Part shown: one piece after another, positions 61,501 to 64,000 of the stretch
Position numbering within the stretch: the stretch's first letter is position 1
Layout of the letters: every line of letters starts with the position of its first letter
Assembly: GCA_950097015.1 (NCBI GenBank)
Contig: CATNEN010000001.1
Coordinates: forward strand, 248,001-312,000
Direction: 5' to 3'
Source: Macrostomum hystrix
Taxonomy: Eukaryota; Animalia; Platyhelminthes
Length of the DNA stretch: 64,000 nucleotides
Notes under the pieces: generated by a model
Told to the model about the DNA's origin: nothing
The model's database searches: none
The model's input: only the letters and a program-made list of their open reading frames with translations
Position numbers and translations under genes: made by a program

Positions 61501-64000
61501 AGCTTATGTCAGTTTAGGATCTTTAGTTTCTGTCAGTTTAGGATCTTTAGTTTCTGTCAGATTGGGATCTTAAGCTTATGTCAGTTTAGGATCTTTAGTT
61601 TCTGTCAGTTTAGGATCTTTAGTTCCTGTCAGTTTAGGATATTTAGTTCCTGTCAGTTTAGGATCTTTAGTTTCTGTCAGTTTAGGATCTTTAGTTCCTG
61701 TCAGTTTGGGATCTTTAGTTCCTGTCAGTTTGGGATCTTTAGTTTCTGTCAGTTTGGGATCTTTTGTTTCTGTCAGATTAGGATCTTTAGTTTCTGTCAG
61801 ATTGGGATCTTAAGCTTATGTCAGTTTAGGATCTTTAGTTTCTGTCAGTTTAGGATCTTTAGTTCCTGTCAGTTTAGGATATTTAGTTCCTGTCAGTTTA
61901 GGATCTTTAGTTTCTGTCAGTTTAGGATCTTTAGTTCCTGTCAGTTTGGGATCTTTAGTTCCTGTCAGTTTGGGATCTTTAGTTTCTGTCAGTTTGGGAT
62001 CTTTAGTTTCTGTCAGTTTGGGATCTTTAGTTTCTGTCAGTTTGGGATCTTTAGTTTCTGTCAGTTTGGGATCTTTAGTTTCTGTCAGTTTGGGATCTTT
62101 AGTTTCTGTCAGTTTAGGATCTTTAGTTTCTGTCAGTTTGGGATATTTAGTTCCTGTCAGTTTGGAATCTTTAGTTTCTGTCAGATTGGGATCTTAAGCT
62201 TATGTCAGTTTAGGATCTTTAGTTTCTGTCAGTTTAGGATCTTTAGTTTCTGTCAGATTGGGATCTTAAGCTTATGTCAGTTTAGGATCTTTAGTTCTTG
62301 TCAGTTTGGGATCTTTAGTTTCTGTCAGTTTGGGATCTTTAGTTCCTGTCAGTTTAGGATCTTTAGTTCCTGTCAGTTTGGGATCTTTAGTTCCTGTCAG
62401 TTTAGGATCTTTAGTTTCTGTCAGTTTGGGATCTTTAGTTTCTGTCAGTTTGGGATCTTTAGTTTCTGTCAGATTGGGATCTTTAGTTTCTGTCAGTTTA
62501 GGATCTTTAGTTTCTGTCAGTTTGGGATCTTTAGTTTCTGTCAGTTTAGGATCTTTAGTTTCTGTCATTTTGGGATCTTTAGTTTCTGTTAGTTTGGGAT
62601 CTTTAGTTTCTGTCAGTTTGGGATCTTTAGTTTCTGTCAGTTTAGGATCTTTAGTTTCTGTCAGTTTAGGATCTTTAGTTCCTGTCAGTTTAGGATCTTT
62701 TGTTTCTGTCAGATTGGGATCTTTAGTTTCTGTTAGTTTGGGATCTTTAGTTTCTGTCAGTTTGGGATCTTTAGTTTCTGTCAGTTTAGGATCTTTAGTT
62801 CCTGTCATTTTGGGATCTTTAGTTTCTGTTAGTTTGGGATCTTTAGTTTCTGTCAGTTTGGGATCTTTAGTTTCTGTCAGTTTAGGATCTTTAGTTCCTG
62901 TCATTTTGGGATCTTTAGTTTCTGTCAGTTTGGGATCTTTTGTTTCTGTCAGTTTAGGATCTTTAGTTTCTGTCAGTTTGGGATATTTAGTTCCTGTCAG
63001 TTTGGAATCTTTAATTTCTGTCAGATTGGGATCTTAAGCTTATGTCAGTTTAGGATCTTTAGTTTCTGTCAGTTTAGGATCTTTAGTTTCTGTCAGATTG
63101 GGATCTTAAGCTTATGTCAGTTTAGGATCTTTAGTTTCTGTCAGTTTAGGATCTTTAGTTCCTGTCAGTTTAGGATATTTAGTTCCTGTCAGTTTAGGAT
63201 CTTTAGTTTCTGTCAGTTTAGGATCTTTAGTTCCTGTCAGTTTGGGATCTTTAGTTCCTGTCAGTTTGGGATCTTTAGTTTCTGTCAGTTTGGGATCTTT
63301 TGTTTCTGTCAGATTAGGATCTTTAGTTTCTGTCAGATTGGGATCTTAAGCTTATGTCAGTTTAGGATCTTTAGTTTCTGTCAGTTTAGGATCTTTAGTT
63401 CCTGTCAGTTTAGGATATTTAGTTCCTGTCAGTTTAGGATCTTTAGTTTCTGTCAGTTTAGGATCTTTAGTTCCTGTCAGTTTTTGGATCTTTAGTTCCT
63501 GTCAGTTTGGGATCTTTAGTTTCTGTCAGTTTGGGATCTTTAGTTTCTGTCAGTTTGGGATCTTTAGTTTCTGTCAGTTTGGGATCTTTAGTTTCTGTCA
63601 GTTTGGGATCTTTAGTTTCTGTCAGTTTGGGATCTTTAGTTTCTGTCAGTTTAGGATCTTTAGTTTCTGTCAGTTTGGGATATTTAGTTCCTGTCAGTTT
63701 GGAATCTTTAGTTTCTGTCAGATTGGGATCTTAAGCTTATGTCAGTTTAGGATCTTTAGTTTCTGTCAGTTTAGGATCTTTAGTTTCTGTCAGATTGGGA
63801 TCTTAAGCTTATGTCAGTTTAGGATCTTTAGTTCTTGTCAGTTTGGGATCTTTAGTTTCTGTCAGTTTGGGATCTTTAGTTCCTGTCAGTTTAGGATCTT
63901 TAGTTCCTGTCAGTTTGGGATCTTTAGTTCCTGTCAGTTTAGGATCTTTAGTTTCTGTCAGTTTGGGATCTTTAGTTTCTGTCAGTTTGGGATCTTTAGT
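58592..64000. repeat. 24-bp satellite (ggatctttagtttctgtcagtttg) with 1536-bp higher-order repeat, running off the window end
   Basis: Tandem monomers; identical variant pattern offset by 1536 bp. Confidence 0.95.

Noticed and set aside
49435-64000. Long ORFs (ESESQRVR, SLRHSH, GSLVSVSL, TETKDPKL repeats)
   Set aside because: Stop-free translations of satellites, open on both strands or in several frames

Overview
Eukaryotic (animal) genomic DNA, AT-rich and dense in minisatellites; gene style and repeat load resemble a free-living flatworm such as Macrostomum (inference only). Four recognisable spliced protein genes: VMP1/TMEM49 with an unexpected N-terminal SAP domain (- strand, 3038-7176), SF3A2 (+, 31861-35635), a divergent glucosylceramide synthase (+, ~36798-39891) and AGXT2 (+, 46682-49050). 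There is also an unknown repeat-rich protein exon (+, 43496-45022). The main feature is invisible to the ORF track. Between ~13.85 and ~31.8 kb the + strand carries a multi-exon, apparently non-coding snoRNA host gene (GAS5/UHG-like). It starts with a 5'TOP/TCT motif, has tiny AG...GT-bounded exons, and holds about 26 intact plus 2 decayed intronic box C/D snoRNAs. Their guides match conserved rRNA 2'-O-methylation sites (equivalents of SNORD34, 35, 36+19, 47, 51+76, 95), and there are orphan families. The array grew by tandem duplication of exon-intron-snoRNA modules and runs directly into SF3A2. Also present: a Penelope GIY-YIG fragment with a minimal hammerhead ribozyme, an LTR-retrotransposon gag relic, CCC-terminal and hAT-type MITEs, two tRNA-derived SINEs and many satellites, including a 21-bp satellite with a 1536-bp higher-order repeat. 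rRNA target assignments were made from recalled conserved rRNA sequence, not from a search.
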